Source: Pristiophorus japonicus (lineage: Eukaryota). From it: a stretch of 64,000 bases of DNA. Numbering within the stretch: position 1 is the first letter of the stretch; every line of letters begins with the position of its first letter. Below the pieces are notes generated by a model. The model had not been told where the DNA came from. It worked only from the letters and a program-made list of their open reading frames with translations, and did not search any database. A program made the translations under genes and the position numbers. Where the stretch lies: NCBI RefSeq assembly GCF_044704955.1, contig NW_027252691.1, forward strand, positions 186,001 to 250,000, in the 5' to 3' direction. This document shows positions 15,001 through 26,638 of the stretch, in pieces.

Positions 15001-17169
15001 GCTAATCTTCATCATAGGCAGTCCCCCGGAGCCAGGAATCCCCCGCTAATCTTCATCATAATCCATCCCCCGGAGCCAGGAATCTACCGCTAATCTACAT
15101 CATAGTCCATTCCCGGGAGACAGGAATCCCCTGCTAATCTTCATCACAGACAGTCCCCCGGAGCCAGGAATCCCCCGCTAATCTTCATCATAGGCCGTCC
15201 CCGGAGCCAGGAATCCCCTGCTAATCTTCATCATAGGCAGTCCCCCGGAGCCCGGAATCCCCCGCTCATCTTCATCATAGGCAGTCACCCCGGAGCCAGG
15301 AATCCCCGGCTAATCTTCATCATAGGCAGTCCCCCGGAGCCCGTAATCCCCCGCTCATCTTCATCATAGACAGTCACCCCGGAGCCAGGAATCCCCCGCT
15401 AATCTTCATCATGGGCAGTCCCCCCAGAGCCAGGAATCGCCTGCTAATCTTCATCATAGTCCGTTCCCCGGAGACAGGAATCACCCGCTAATCTTCATCA
15501 CAGGCAGTCCCCCAGAGCCAGGATTCCCCCGCTAATCTTCATCACAGGCAGTCCCCCAGAGCCAGGATTCCCCCGCTAATCTTCATCATAGTCCAGCCCC
15601 GGAGCCAGGATTCACCTGCTAATCTTCATCATAGGACATCCGCCCGGAGCCAGGAATCCCCCGCTAATCTTCATCTTAGGCAGTCCCCCCGGAGCCAGGA
15701 ATCCCCCGCTAATCCTCATCATAGGCCATCCCCCCGGAGCCAGGAATCCCCCGCTAATCTTCATCAAAGGCAGTCGTACCGGAGCCAGGAATCCCCCGCT
15801 AATCTTCATCATAGGCCATCCCCCAGAGCAAGGAATCACCCACTAATCTTCATCACAGGCAGTCCCCTGGAGCCAGGAATCCCCCACTAATCTTCATCAA
15901 AGGCAGTCGTACCGGAGCCAGGAATCCCCCGCTAATCCTCATCATAGGCCATCCCCCCGGAGCCAGGAATCCCCCGCTAATCTTCATCAAAGGCAGTCGT
16001 ACCGGAGCCAGGAATCCCCCGCTAATCTTCATCATAGGCCATCCCCCAGAGCAAGGAATCACCCGCTAATCTTCATCACAGGCAGTCCCCTGGAGCCAGG
16101 AATCCCCCACTAATCTTCACCATCGGCCATTCCCCGGAGCCAGGAATCCCCCGCTAATCTTCATCATCGGCCATTCCCCGGAGCCAGGAATCCCCCGCTA
16201 ATCTTCATCATCGGCCATTCCCCGGAGCCAGGAATCCCCCGCTAATCTTCATCATCGGCCATTCCCCGGAGCCAGGAATCCCCCGCTAATCTTCATCATA
16301 GGCCATCCCCCGGAGCCAGGAATCCCCCGCTAATCTTCATCATAGGCCATCCCCCAGAGCAAGGAATCACCCGCTAATCTACATCATAGTCCATTCCCGG
16401 GAGCCAGGAATCCCCCGCTAATCTTCATCATAGGCCATCCCCCAGAGCAAGGAATCACCCGCTAATCTTCATCATAGGCAGTCCTCCCGGAGCCAGGAAT
16501 CCCCCGCTAATCTTCATCATAGGCCATCCCCCAGAGCAAGGAATCACCCGCTAATCTACATCATAGTCCATTCCCGGGAGACAGGAATCCCCCGCTAATC
16601 TTCATCTTAGGCAGTCCCCCCGGAGCCAGGAATGCACCGCTAATCTTCATCATAGGCAGTCTCCCCGGAGCTAGAAATCCCTCGCTCATCTTCATCATAG
16701 GCCGTCCCCGGTGCCAGGAATCCCCCGCTAATCTTCATCATAGGCCATCCCCCAGAGCAAGGAATCACCCGCTAATCTACATCATAGTCCATTCCCGGGA
16801 GACAGGAATCCCCCGCTAATCTTCATCATAGGCAGTCTCCCCGGAGCTAGAAATCCCTCGCTCATCTTCATCATAGGCCGTCCCCGGTGCCAGGAAACCC
16901 CCGCTAAGCCTCATCATAGGCCATCAACCCGGAGCCAGGAATCCTCCGCTAAGCCTCATCATAGGCCATCAACCCGGAGCCAGGAATCCCTGCCAATCCT
17001 CATCATAGGCAGTCCCCCGGAGCCAGGAATCCCCCGCTAATCCTCGTCATAGGCAGCCCCCGGAGACAGGAATCCCTGCCAATCCTCATCATAGGCAGCC
17101 CCCGGAGACAGGAATCCCCCGCTAATCTTCAGCATAGACCGTCCCCGGAGCCAGGAATCCCCCGCTAAT
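1..17169. repeat. 43-45 bp satellite, consensus CTAATCTTCATCATAGGCAGTCCCCCCGGAGCCAGGAATCCCCCG (roughly 390 copies; runs off the left edge)
   Basis: Uninterrupted head-to-tail monomers; length varies with the C-run; C-rich plus strand. Confidence 0.99.
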
Positions 17170-18287
17170 GCTCAGGATTGAGAACTGGTTGTCAGACAAG
17201 AAGCAACAAGTGGGAGTAAATGGGGACTTTTCAGAATGGCAGGCAGTGACTAGTGGGGTGCCGCAAGGTTCTGTGCTGGGGCCCCAGCTGTTTACACTGT
17301 ACATTAATGATTCAGACGAGGGGATTAAATGCAGTATCTCCAAATTTGCGGACGACACTAAGTTGGGTGGCAGTGTGAGCTGCGAGGAGGATGCTATTAG
17401 GCTGCAGAGTGACTTGGATAGGTTAGGTGAGTGGGCAAATGCATGGCAGATGAAGTATAATGTGGATAAATGTGAGGTTATTCACTTTGGTGGTAAAAAC
17501 AGAGAGACAGACTATTATCTGAATGGTGACAGATTAGGAAAAGGGAAGGTGCAACAAGACCTGGGTGTCATGGTACATCAGTCATTGAAGGTTAGCATGC
17601 AGGTACAGCAGGCGGTTAAGAAAGCAAATGGCATGTTGGCCTTCATAGCGAGGGGATGTGAATACAGAGGCAGGGAGGTGTTGCTACAGTTGTACAGGGC
17701 CTTGGTGAGGCCACACCTGGAGTATTGTGTACAGTTTTGGTTTCCTAACTTGAGGAAGGAGATTCTTGCTATTGAGGGAGTGCAGCGAAGATTCACCAGA
17801 TTGATTCCCGGGATGGCGGGACTGACCTATCAAGAAAGACTGGATCAACTGGACTTGTATTCACTGGAGTTCAGAAGAATGAGAGGGGACCTCATAGAAA
17901 CGTTTAAAATTCTGACGGGTTTAGACAGGTTAGATGCAGGAAGAATGTTCCCAATGTTGGGGAAGTCCAGAACCAGGGGTCACAGTCTGAGGATAAGGGG
18001 TAAGCCATTTAGGACCGAGATGAGGAGAAACTACTTCACCCAGAGAGTGGTGAACCTGTGGAATTCTCTACCACAGAAAGTAGTTGAGGCCAATTCACTA
18101 AATATATTCAAAAGGGAGTTAGATGAAGTCCTTACTACTCGGGGGATCAAGGGGTATGGTGAGAAAGCAGGAAGGGGGTACTGAAGTTTCATGTTCAGCC
18201 ATGAACTCATTGAATGGCGGTGCAGGCTAGAAGGGCTGAATGGCCTGCTCCTGCACCTATTTTCTATGTTTCTATGTTTCTATGTTT
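17170..18287 (+). mobile_element. 5'-truncated CR1 LINE inserted in the satellite
   Basis: Open 338 aa ORF2 C-terminus ([20 protein letters not shown]), 3' UTR, (TTTCTATG)n tail; CTAAT present on both sides (17165-17169, 18288-18292) as probable TSD. Confidence 0.97.
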
Positions 18288-19010
18288 CTAATCTTCAGCA
18301 TAGGCCGTCCCCGGAGCCAAAAATCCCCCGCTAATCTTCATCATAGGCAATCCCCCCGAGCCAGGAATCCCCCGCTAATCTTCATCATAGGTAGTCCCCC
18401 AGAGCCAGGATTCCCCCGCTAATCTTCATCATAGACCGTCCCCCGGAGCCAGGAATCCCCCGCTAATCTTCATCATAGGCCTTCCCCCGGAGCCAGGAAT
18501 CCCCCGCTAATCCTCATCATAGGCAGCCCCCCAGAGCCAGGAATCCCCCGCTAATCTTCATCATAGGCAGTCCCCCGGAGCCAGGAATCCCCCGCTAATC
18601 TTCATCATAGGCAGTCCCCCCGGAGCCAGGAATCCCCCGCTAATCTTCATCATAGGCCGTCCCCCGGAGCCAGGAATCCCCTGCTAATCTTCATCATATA
18701 CAGTCCCCCCAGAGCCAGGAATCCCCCGCTAATCTTCATCATAGGCCATCCCCCCGGAGCCAGGAATCCCCCGCTAATCTTCATCATAGGCCATCCCCCC
18801 GGAGCCAGGAATCCCCGCTAATCTTCATCATAGGCAGTCCCCCGGAGCCTGGAATCCCCCGTTAATCTTCATCATCAGCATTCCCCCTGGAGCCAGGAAT
18901 CCCCCGCTAATCTTCATCATAGGCAGTACCCCCGGAGCCAGGAATCCCCTGCTAATCTTCATCATAGACCGTCCCCCGGAGCCAGGATTTCCCCGCTAAT
19001 CTTCATCATA
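18288..19010. repeat. Continuation of the 43-45 bp satellite (about 16 copies), merging into an RTE 3' end
   Basis: Same monomer; last unit runs directly into CATAGGCAGTCGCTCGGAATCGAGGAAGACTTGCTTCC. Confidence 0.98.
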
Positions 19011-19872
19011 GGCAGTCGCTCGGAATCGAGGAAGACTTGCTTCCACTCCTGAAGTGAGTTGTTTGGTGGCTGAACAGTCCAATACGGGAGCCACAGTCCC
19101 TGTCACAGGTGGGACAGACAGTGGTTGAGGGAAGGGGTGAGTGGGACTGGTTTGCCGCACGCTCCTTCCACTGCCTGCGCGTGGTTTCTGCACGCTCTCG
19201 GCATTGAGACTCAAGGTGCTCAGCGCCCTCCTGGATGCACTTTCTCCACTTAGGCCGTTCTTTGGCCAGGGACTCCCAGGTGACAGTGGTGATGTCGCAC
19301 TTTATCAGGGGGGCTTTGAGGGTGTCCTTTGGCTCGTTTGCCGTGAAGGAGTTCTGCATAGAGAACTTGCTTTGGGATTCTCGTGTCTGGCATGCGGACA
19401 GTGTGGCCTGCCCAGCGGAGTTGGCCGAGTGTGGTCAGTGCTTCAATGCTAGGGATGTTGGCCTGGTCGAGTACACTGATGTTGGTGCAGCTGTCCTCCC
19501 AGGGGATTTGCAGGATCTTGCGAAGACAGCGTTGGTGGTATTTCTCCAGCGACTTGAGGTGTTTACTGTACATGGTCCATGTCTCTGAGCCATACAGGAG
19601 GGTGGGTATTACTACAGCCCTGTAGACCATGAGTTTGGTGGTAGTTTTGAGGGCCTGGTCTCAAACACACTTTTCCTCAGACGGCCGAAGGCTGCACTGG
19701 CGCACTGGAGGCGCTGTTGAATCTCCGCATCAATGTCTGTTTTTGTTGATAAGAGGCTCCCGAGATATGGGAAATGGTTCACGTCGTCGAGGGCTGCACC
19801 GTGGATCTTGATGACTGGGGGGCAGTGCAATGCGGTGAGGACAGGCTGGTGGAGGACCTTTGTCTTACGGAT
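19000..19872 (-). mobile_element. 5'-truncated RTE-clade LINE (frameshifted)
   Basis: FPYLGS, ASAAFGRL, VYRAVVIPTLLYGSETW, QLRWAGH and C-terminal CPTCDRDCGSRIGLFSH motifs across frames; short 3' UTR ending GACTGCCTATGATGA. Confidence 0.93.
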
Positions 19873-19992
19873 CACTAATGAGTTTTCAGGTGACTGAAGA
19901 GCCAATGCAGGACCGACAGTGTCTGTCACAGGGAAGGCAGACGATAGGCAGACAGTGGGTGGGTGGGGCCTGGGTCATGTGATCCTGCCGCT
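19873..19992 (-). mobile_element. Older, diverged RTE 3' fragment
   Basis: Aligns by eye to 19054-19175; encodes degenerate CLPCDRHCRSCIG zinc-finger-like motif. Confidence 0.65.
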
Positions 19993-20373
19993 GGGCTTCC
20001 CAGCTAGTAACCTCTCCCGTTCCCGGGGGGGGGGGCAGACAGTGGGTGGGTGGGGCCTGGGTCGTGTGATCCTGCCGCTGGGATTCCCAGCTAGTAACCT
20101 CTCCCATTCCCGGGGGGGGGGGCAGACAGTGGGTGGGTGGGGCCTGGTGGTGGGTGGGTGGGGGAACCTGGGTCGTGCGATCCTGCCGCTGGGATTCCCA
20201 GCTAGTAACCTCTCCCGTTCCCGGGGGGGGGGGCAGACAGTGGGTGGGTGGGGCCTGGGTCGTGTGATCCTGCCGCTGGGATTCCCAGCTAGTAACCTCT
20301 CCCGTTCCCGGGGGGGGGGCAGAGAGTGGGTGGGTGGGGCCTGGGTCGTGCGATCCTGCCCCTGGGCTTCCCA
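19947..20373. repeat. 87 bp G-rich minisatellite (about 5 copies)
   Basis: GCAGAC recurs at 19948, 20035, 20122, 20233, 20319; each unit has a long G run and GGGTGGGTGGGG. Confidence 0.95.
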
Positions 20374-23300
20374 GGGGTCAAGTATGTATCGGAGTAGCTG
20401 CAGAGCATTCTGAAGGGGGAGGGTGAAAAGCCAGTTGTCGTGGTGCACATAGGTACCAATGATATCGGTAAAAAGTGGGATGAGGTCCTACAAGCTGAAC
20501 TTAGGGAGCTAGGAGTTAAATTAAAAAGCAGGACCTCAAAGGGAGTACTCTCAGGATTGCTACCAGTGCCACGTACTAGTCAGAGTAGGAATGGCAGGAT
20601 AGCGCAGATGAATATGTGGCTTGAGGAGTGGTGCAGCAGGGAGGGATTCAAATTCCTGGGACATTGGAACCGGTTCTGGGGGAGGTGGGACCTGTACAAA
20701 CCAGACAGTCTGCACCTAGGCAGGACCGGAACCAATGTCCTAGGGGGAGTATTTGCTAGTGCTATTGGGGAGGGGTTAAACTAATATGGCAGGTGGATGG
20801 GAAGCTATGCAGGGAGACAGAAGGAAATAAAATGGAGGCAGAAGCAAAAGACAGAAAGGAGAATAGTAAAAGTGGAGGGTAGAGAAACCCAAGGGAAAAA
20901 TCAAAAAGGGCCACATTGCAGCAAAATTCTAAAGGGACAAAGAGTGTTAAAAAGACAAGCCTGAAGGCTTTGTGCCTCAATGCGAGGAGTATTCGTTATA
21001 AGGTGGATGAATTAAATGCGCAGGCAGCTATTAACGATTATGATATAATTGGGAATACGGAGTCATGGCTCCAGGGTGATCAAGGCTGGGAACTCAACAT
21101 CCAGGGGTATTCAACATTCAGGAAGGATAGACAGAAAGGAAAAGGAGGTGGGGTGGCATTGCTGGTTAAAGAGGAAATTAACGCAATAGTAAGGAAGGAC
21201 ATTAGCCTGGATGATGTGGAATCGGTATGGGTGGAGCTGCGGAATACCAAAGGGTAGAAAACGCTAGTGGGAGTTGTGTACAGACCACCAAACAGTAGTA
21301 GTGAGGTTGGGGATGGCATCAAACAGGAAATTAGGGATGCGTGCAATAAAGGTACAGCAGTTATCATGGGCGACTTTAATCTACATATTGATTGGGTTAA
21401 CCAAGTTGGTAGCAATGCGGTGGAGGAGGATTTCCTGGAGTGTATTAGGGATGGCTTTCGAGACCAATATGTCGAGGGACCAACTATAGAGCTGGCCATC
21501 CTAGACTGGGTGATGTGAAATGAGAAAGAACTAATTAGCAATCTTGTTGTGCAAGGCCCTCTGGGGAAGAGTGACCATAAAATGGTAGAATTCTTTATTA
21601 AGATGGAGAGTGACACAGTTAATTCAGAGACTAGGGTCCTGAACTTAAGGAAAGGTAACTTCGATGGTATGAGATGTGAATTGGCTAGGATAGACTGGCA
21701 AATGATACTTAAAGGGTTGACAGTGGATAGGCAATGGCAAACATTTAAAGATCACATGGATGAACTTCAACAATTGCACATCCCTGTCTGGAGTACAAAT
21801 AAAACAGGGAAGGTGGCTGAACCGTGGCTAACAAGGGAAATTAGGGATAGTGTTAAATCCAAGGAAGAGGCATATAAATTGGCTAGAAAAAGCAGAAAAC
21901 CTGCGAATTGGGAGAATTTTATAATACAGCAGAGGAGGACAACGGGTCTAATTAGGAGGGGGAAAATAGAATATGAGAGGAAGCTTGTAGGGAACATAAA
22001 AACTGACTGCAAAAGCTTCTATAGATATGTGAAGAGAAAAAGATTAGTGAAGACCAACGTAGGTCCTTTGCAGACAGAATCAGGTGAATTTATAATGGGG
22101 AACAAAGAAATGGCAGACCAATTGAACAAATACTTCGGTTCTGTCTTCACTAAGGAAGACACAAATAACCTTCCGGAAATACTCGGGGTTCGAGGGTCTA
22201 GCGAAAAGAAGGAAATCCTTATTAGTTAGGAAATTGTGTTGGGGAAATTGATGGGATTGAAGGCCGATAAATCCCCAGAGCCTGATAGGCTGCAACCCAG
22301 AGTACTTAAGGAAGTGGCCCTAGAAATAGTGGATGCATTGGTGATCATTTTCCAACAGTCTATCGACTCTGGATCAGTTCCTATGGACTGGAGGGTAGCT
22401 AATGTAACACCACTTTTTGAAAAAGGAGGGAGAGAGAAAACGGGTAATTATAGACCGGTTAGCCTGACATCAGTAGTGGGGAAAATGTTGGAATCAATTA
22501 TTAAAGATGAAATAGCAGCGCATTTGGAAAGCAGTGACAGGATCGGTCCAAGTCAGCATGGATTTATGAAAGGGAAATCCTGCTTGACAAATCTTCTAGA
22601 ATTTTTTGAGGATGTAACTAGTAGAGTGGACAAGGGAGAACCCAGTGGATGTGGTGTATTTGGACTTTCAAAAGGCTTTTGACAAGGTCCCACACAAGAG
22701 ATTAGTGTGCAAAATCAAAGCACATGGTATTGGGGGTAATGTACTGACGTGGATAGAAAACTGGTTGGCAGACAGGAAGCAGAGAGTCGGGATAAACGGG
22801 TCCTTTTCAGAATGCTGCAGGGTTCAGTGCTCGGACCCCAGCTATTTACAATATACATCAATGATTTAAATGAAGGAATTGAATGTAATATCTCCAAGTT
22901 TGCAGATGACACTAAGCTGGGTGGCGGTGTGAGCTGTGAGGTGGATGCTAAGAGACTGCAGGGTGACTTGTACAGGTTAGGTGAGTGGGCAAATACATGG
23001 CAGATGCAGTATAATGTGGATAAATGTGACGTTATCCACTTTGGGGGCAAAAACACGAAGGCAGAATATTATCTGAATGATGACAGATTAGGAAAAGGGG
23101 AGGTGCAACGAAACCTGGGTGTCATGGTTCATCAGTCATTGAAAGTTGGCATGCAGGTACAGCAGGCGGTGAAGAAGGCAAATGGCACGTTGGCCTTCAT
23201 AGCTCGGGGATTTGAGTATAGGAGCAGGGAGGTCTTACTGCAGTTGTACAGGGACTTAGTGAGGCCTCACCTGGAATATTGTGTTCAGTTTTGATTCCCT

Positions 23301-23832
23301 AATCTGAGGAAGGACATTCTTGCTATTGAGGGAGTACAGCGAAGGTTCACCAGATTGATTCCTGGGATGGCAGGACTGATATATGAGGAGTGATTGGATC
23401 AACTGAGCCTTTATACACTGGAGTTTAGAAGAATGAGAGGGGATCTCATAGAAACATATAAAATTCTGACGGGACTGGACAGGTTAGATGCGAGAAGAAT
23501 GTTCCCGATGTTGAGGAAGTCCAGAACCAGGGGACACAGTCTAAGGATAAGGGGTAAGTCATTTAGGACCGAGATGAGGAGAAACTTCTTCATTCAGAGA
23601 GTGGTGAACCTGTGGAATTCCCTACCACAGAGAGCTGTTGAGGCCAATTCACTAAATATAGTCAAGACGGTTAGATGTGGCCCTTATGGCCAAAGGAATC
23701 AAGGGGTATGGAGCGAAAGCAGGAAAGGGGTACTGAGGGATTGATCAGCCATGATCTTATTGAATGGTGATGCAGGCTCGAAGGGCCGAATGGCCTACTC
23801 CTGCACCTATTTTGTATGTTTCTATGTTTCTA
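20374..23832 (+). mobile_element. CR1 LINE, 5'-truncated within ORF1; ORF2 broken by stops and frameshifts
   Basis: ORF1 esterase tail (HIGTND...GEGLN), APE endonuclease (CLNARS, MGDFN, SDH), RT (YRPVSLTS, YLDFQKAFD, FADD), TTTCTATG tail. Confidence 0.97.
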
Positions 23833-23936
23833 ATGCCCTCTCCCATTCCCAGGGGGGACAGAACCCAACACGGCGAGGCTGGGGGTGAGCCATGGTGCTT
23901 CCCCTTTCACTGATTCCCCTGACTGTAGTGCGGCTG

Positions 23937-23975
23937 AGTTTTTGTACCAGCCCAGCCCTGCTTCCTCTCACTGTG
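23937..23975 (-). other. Recombination signal sequence (23-RSS) of the V segment
   Basis: CACAGTG (23975-23969), 23 nt spacer, ACAAAAACT (23945-23937), directly after TAT TAC TGT GCG AGA. Confidence 0.97.
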
Positions 23976-24274
23976 TCTCGCACAGTAATAGATGGCGGTG
24001 TCGCTGGCTGTCAGTTTGCTGATTTCCAGGTGGGCGATCGTGGTCGAACCTCTTGAAGGAACAAATCGTCCTCGAATTCCAGGCGCATAACTACTGGTAC
24101 CACCATGCTTGTAATCCAGTAACCACTCCAGCCCTTGCCCGGGGGCCTGTTTAACCCAGTTCAGCCAGGAGCTGTCGAGGCTGAAGCCACTGACTGTACA
24201 GGACAGTTTGTGAGACTCCCCGGGCCGTTTCACGGCAGCAGCAGACTGTCTCAGCTCGATAGCGGACCGCACGC
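23976..24274 (-). CDS. IGHV: Immunoglobulin heavy-chain variable segment, V exon (IgW-like), germline unrearranged
   Basis: Open frame (G)[64 protein letters not shown] with both Cys and the Trp; polypyrimidine acceptor CTCTCTCTTCTGTTCACAG. IgW assignment rests on recalled PGESH/WVKQ/YAPGI framework motifs and is less certain than the IGHV call. Confidence 0.93.
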
Positions 24275-24382
24275 CTGTGAACAGAAGAGAGAGTGAGAAG
24301 GGTGCACTTTAATACAGGGAACAACACGGGCTCACACAGCCTCCCGGACAAGCCAGGCAGCACTGGGTGCACAATAACTCAC

Positions 24383-24428
24383 CCATCACACAGGCCAGAA
24401 GGACACCGAGACAAGCAGCACTCGCCAT
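24383..24428 (-). CDS. IGHV: Leader exon of the IGHV segment (MASAACLGVLLACVMG)
   Basis: 46 nt hydrophobic exon ending G|GTGAGT; phase-1 108 bp intron (24275-24382) splices in frame to the V exon. Confidence 0.93.
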
Positions 24429-24508
24429 TACCCCTGTGTGTGCAGACAGACACACGCCACAAATCGGCAGCTTCAGGGCGCCTTGGTGTGGGGACCCAGT
24501 CAGTGCTG

Positions 24509-24516
24509 TTTAAATA
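24509..24516 (-). promoter_or_regulatory. Putative TATA box of the V promoter
   Basis: TATTTAAA about 80 nt upstream of the leader ATG; no ATGCAAAT octamer seen in 24430-24710. Confidence 0.55.
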
Positions 24517-24711
24517 GGGAACTGGGGTGAGTGAGTGAGTGAGGTTTCAACAGAGGCACACCCACTCAAACCACAGGCTCAGCTCCCTCTCACCGCCCCC
24601 AGCACACATTTCAATTCCCTGATTTATTTATACAGCAGGTCCCCAGCAAGAATCAGTTCCGCATTCAAGGTCCAGGGACACTTAACTTTAGTTTATTTAT
24701 TTGAATGTTAA

Positions 24712-25598
24712 ACAGAGACAGGAAGTAGAGAGTCGGGATAAACGGGTCCTTTTCAGAATGGCAGGCAGTGACTAGTGGGGTGCCGCAGGATTCAGTGCTG
24801 GGACCCCAGCTCTTTACAATATACATTAATGATTTGGATGAAGGAATTGAGTGTAATATCTCCAAGTTTGCAGATGACACTAAACTGGGTGGCGGTGTGA
24901 GCTGTGAGGACGATGCTATGAGGCAGCAGAGTGACTTGGACAGGTTAGGTGAGTGGGCAAATACATGGCAGATGCAGTATAATGTGGATAAATGTGAGGT
25001 TATCCACTTTGGTGGCAAAAACACGAAGGCAGAATATTATCTGAATGGCGGCAGATTAGGAAAAGGGGATGTGCAACGAGACCTGGGTGTCATGGTACAT
25101 CAGTTTTGGTCTCCTAATCTGAGGAAGGACGTTCTTGCTATTGAGGGAGTGCAGCGAAGGTTCACCAGACTGATTCCCGGGATGGAAGGACTGACATATG
25201 AGGAGAGACGGGATCAACTGGGCCTGTATTCACTGGAATTTAGAAGAATGAGAGGGGATCTCATAGAAACATATAAAATTCTGAAGAGACTGGACAGGTT
25301 AGATGCAGGAAGAATGTTCCCGATGTTGGGGAAGTCCAGAACCAGGGGACACAGTCTCAGGATAAGGGATAGGCCATTTAGGACCGAGATGAGGAGAAAC
25401 TTCTTCACTCAGAGAGTCGTTAACCTGTGGAATTCCCTGCCGCAGAGAGTTGTTGAGGCCAGTTCATTGGATATATTCAAGAGGGAGTTAGATATGGCCC
25501 TTACGGCTAAAGGGATCAAGGGGTATGGAGAGAAAGCAGGAAAGGGGTACTGAGGGAATGATCAGCCATGATCTTATTGAATGGTGGTGCAGGCTCGA
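24712..25598 (+). mobile_element. CR1 fragment (RT to 3' UTR) with internal deletion and no tail
   Basis: 261 aa ORF2 C-terminus; jumps GVMVHQ to FWSPNL at about 25103. Confidence 0.95.
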
Positions 25599-25614
25599 CA
25601 GCTCCTTCCAATCC

Positions 25615-25900
25615 ACTCCATCCAGGCCCCTCATAGTTTTATACACCTCAATTAACTCTCCGCTCAGCCTCCACTATTCCAAATAAAACACCCCCGGCCT
25701 ATCCAATCTTTCCTCATGGCCAACATTCTCCAGTCCCGGCAACATCCTCGTAAACCTCCTCTGTACCCTCTCCAGTGCAATCACATCTTTCCTGTAATGT
25801 GGTGACCAGAACTGCACGCAGTACTCCAGCTGTGGCCTAACAATGTTGTGTACAGTTCAAGCCTAACCCCCCTGCTCTTGTATCCTGTGCCTCGGCCAAT
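25615..25900 (-). mobile_element. Old CR1 ORF2 fragment
   Basis: Reverse complement of RPQLEYCVQFWSPHYRKDVIALERVQRRFTRMLPG-type sequence. Confidence 0.8.
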
Positions 25901-26024
25901 AGAAGTCTGGCCCAGAACATACGGAGGCCCCCGAGCCCGGCCCACGGGTGAGTGCTGTGATTGAAGGAGTGTGGATGGGCCGGTTCCATGGTCACAAGGG
26001 TTGATATGTTGGACAGTGTCCCTG

Positions 26025-26400
26025 ACAGTGGTGTGGAGGTTGTGTTACTGGACCAGGAATCCCGAGGCCTGGGCCGGTCCAGTGCACTCATCAATCCCAC
26101 CAGTTTAACAATCTGAAATCAGTTTACAAATCTGGAGCTTTTAAAGTGGAGCAGGTAGCGGTGAGAGTCCCGACTGTTGTTCAGGGAAGGTAACCTGTCG
26201 CCCTTACCCGGCCCGGCCCATATGTGACTCCAGACCCACACCAACTCCTCACTGCCCTGTGAGGTGGGCCGGGCCAGACACTGGGTTGTCCCAAACCCAG
26301 GGTCAGGGAGAAGGCCAAACACCATCACTCCCTTCTCATTGGCTACTAGGGCATGGGCACAAAATGGCGGCTTAGCCAGCGATGGCCACATCCCGAGAAC
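26025..26400 (+). mobile_element. Degenerate tRNA-derived SINE with LINE-type 3' end
   Basis: Resembles a common shark SINE (AGGGAAGG...ATGTGACTCCAGACCCACA core; GGATGGGCA..AAATG..GGC.TAGCCAGCGA..CCACATCCC tail); recognised from memory. Confidence 0.55.
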
Positions 26401-26638
26401 GGAGTGTTCAACAATCGCAGCCATTATTGGCTCCGTGTTTTCCACTCCCTCTGCACGGCCGTGTTGTGGGGGAGGGGCTGGGGGGGGGATTGATGTGGGG
26501 GGAGGGGAGGGAGGGAGAGGAGAGGGGATTGATGGGGGCAGGGGGAGGGGATTGATGGAGAGGGGAGAAGGGAGAGAGAGGAGAGGGGATCAATGGCGGG
26601 GGAGGTGGGGGAGTGGAGAAGCTCGGAGAGTGGGGAGA

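Noticed and set aside
441-16062. Many MMKISGGFLAPGG ORFs
   Set aside because: Translations of the 45 bp monomer; frames break whenever the C-run changes length.
1-19010. Immunoglobulin switch region (G-rich non-template strand downstream of V)
   Set aside because: Nearly devoid of AGCT palindromes, no J or C exon context, and monomer is explained by RTE origin.
23907-23975. ORF extension HSERKQGWAGTKTQ after YYCAR
   Set aside because: Read-through of the RSS, not a germline-joined VDJ; no WGxG J motif.
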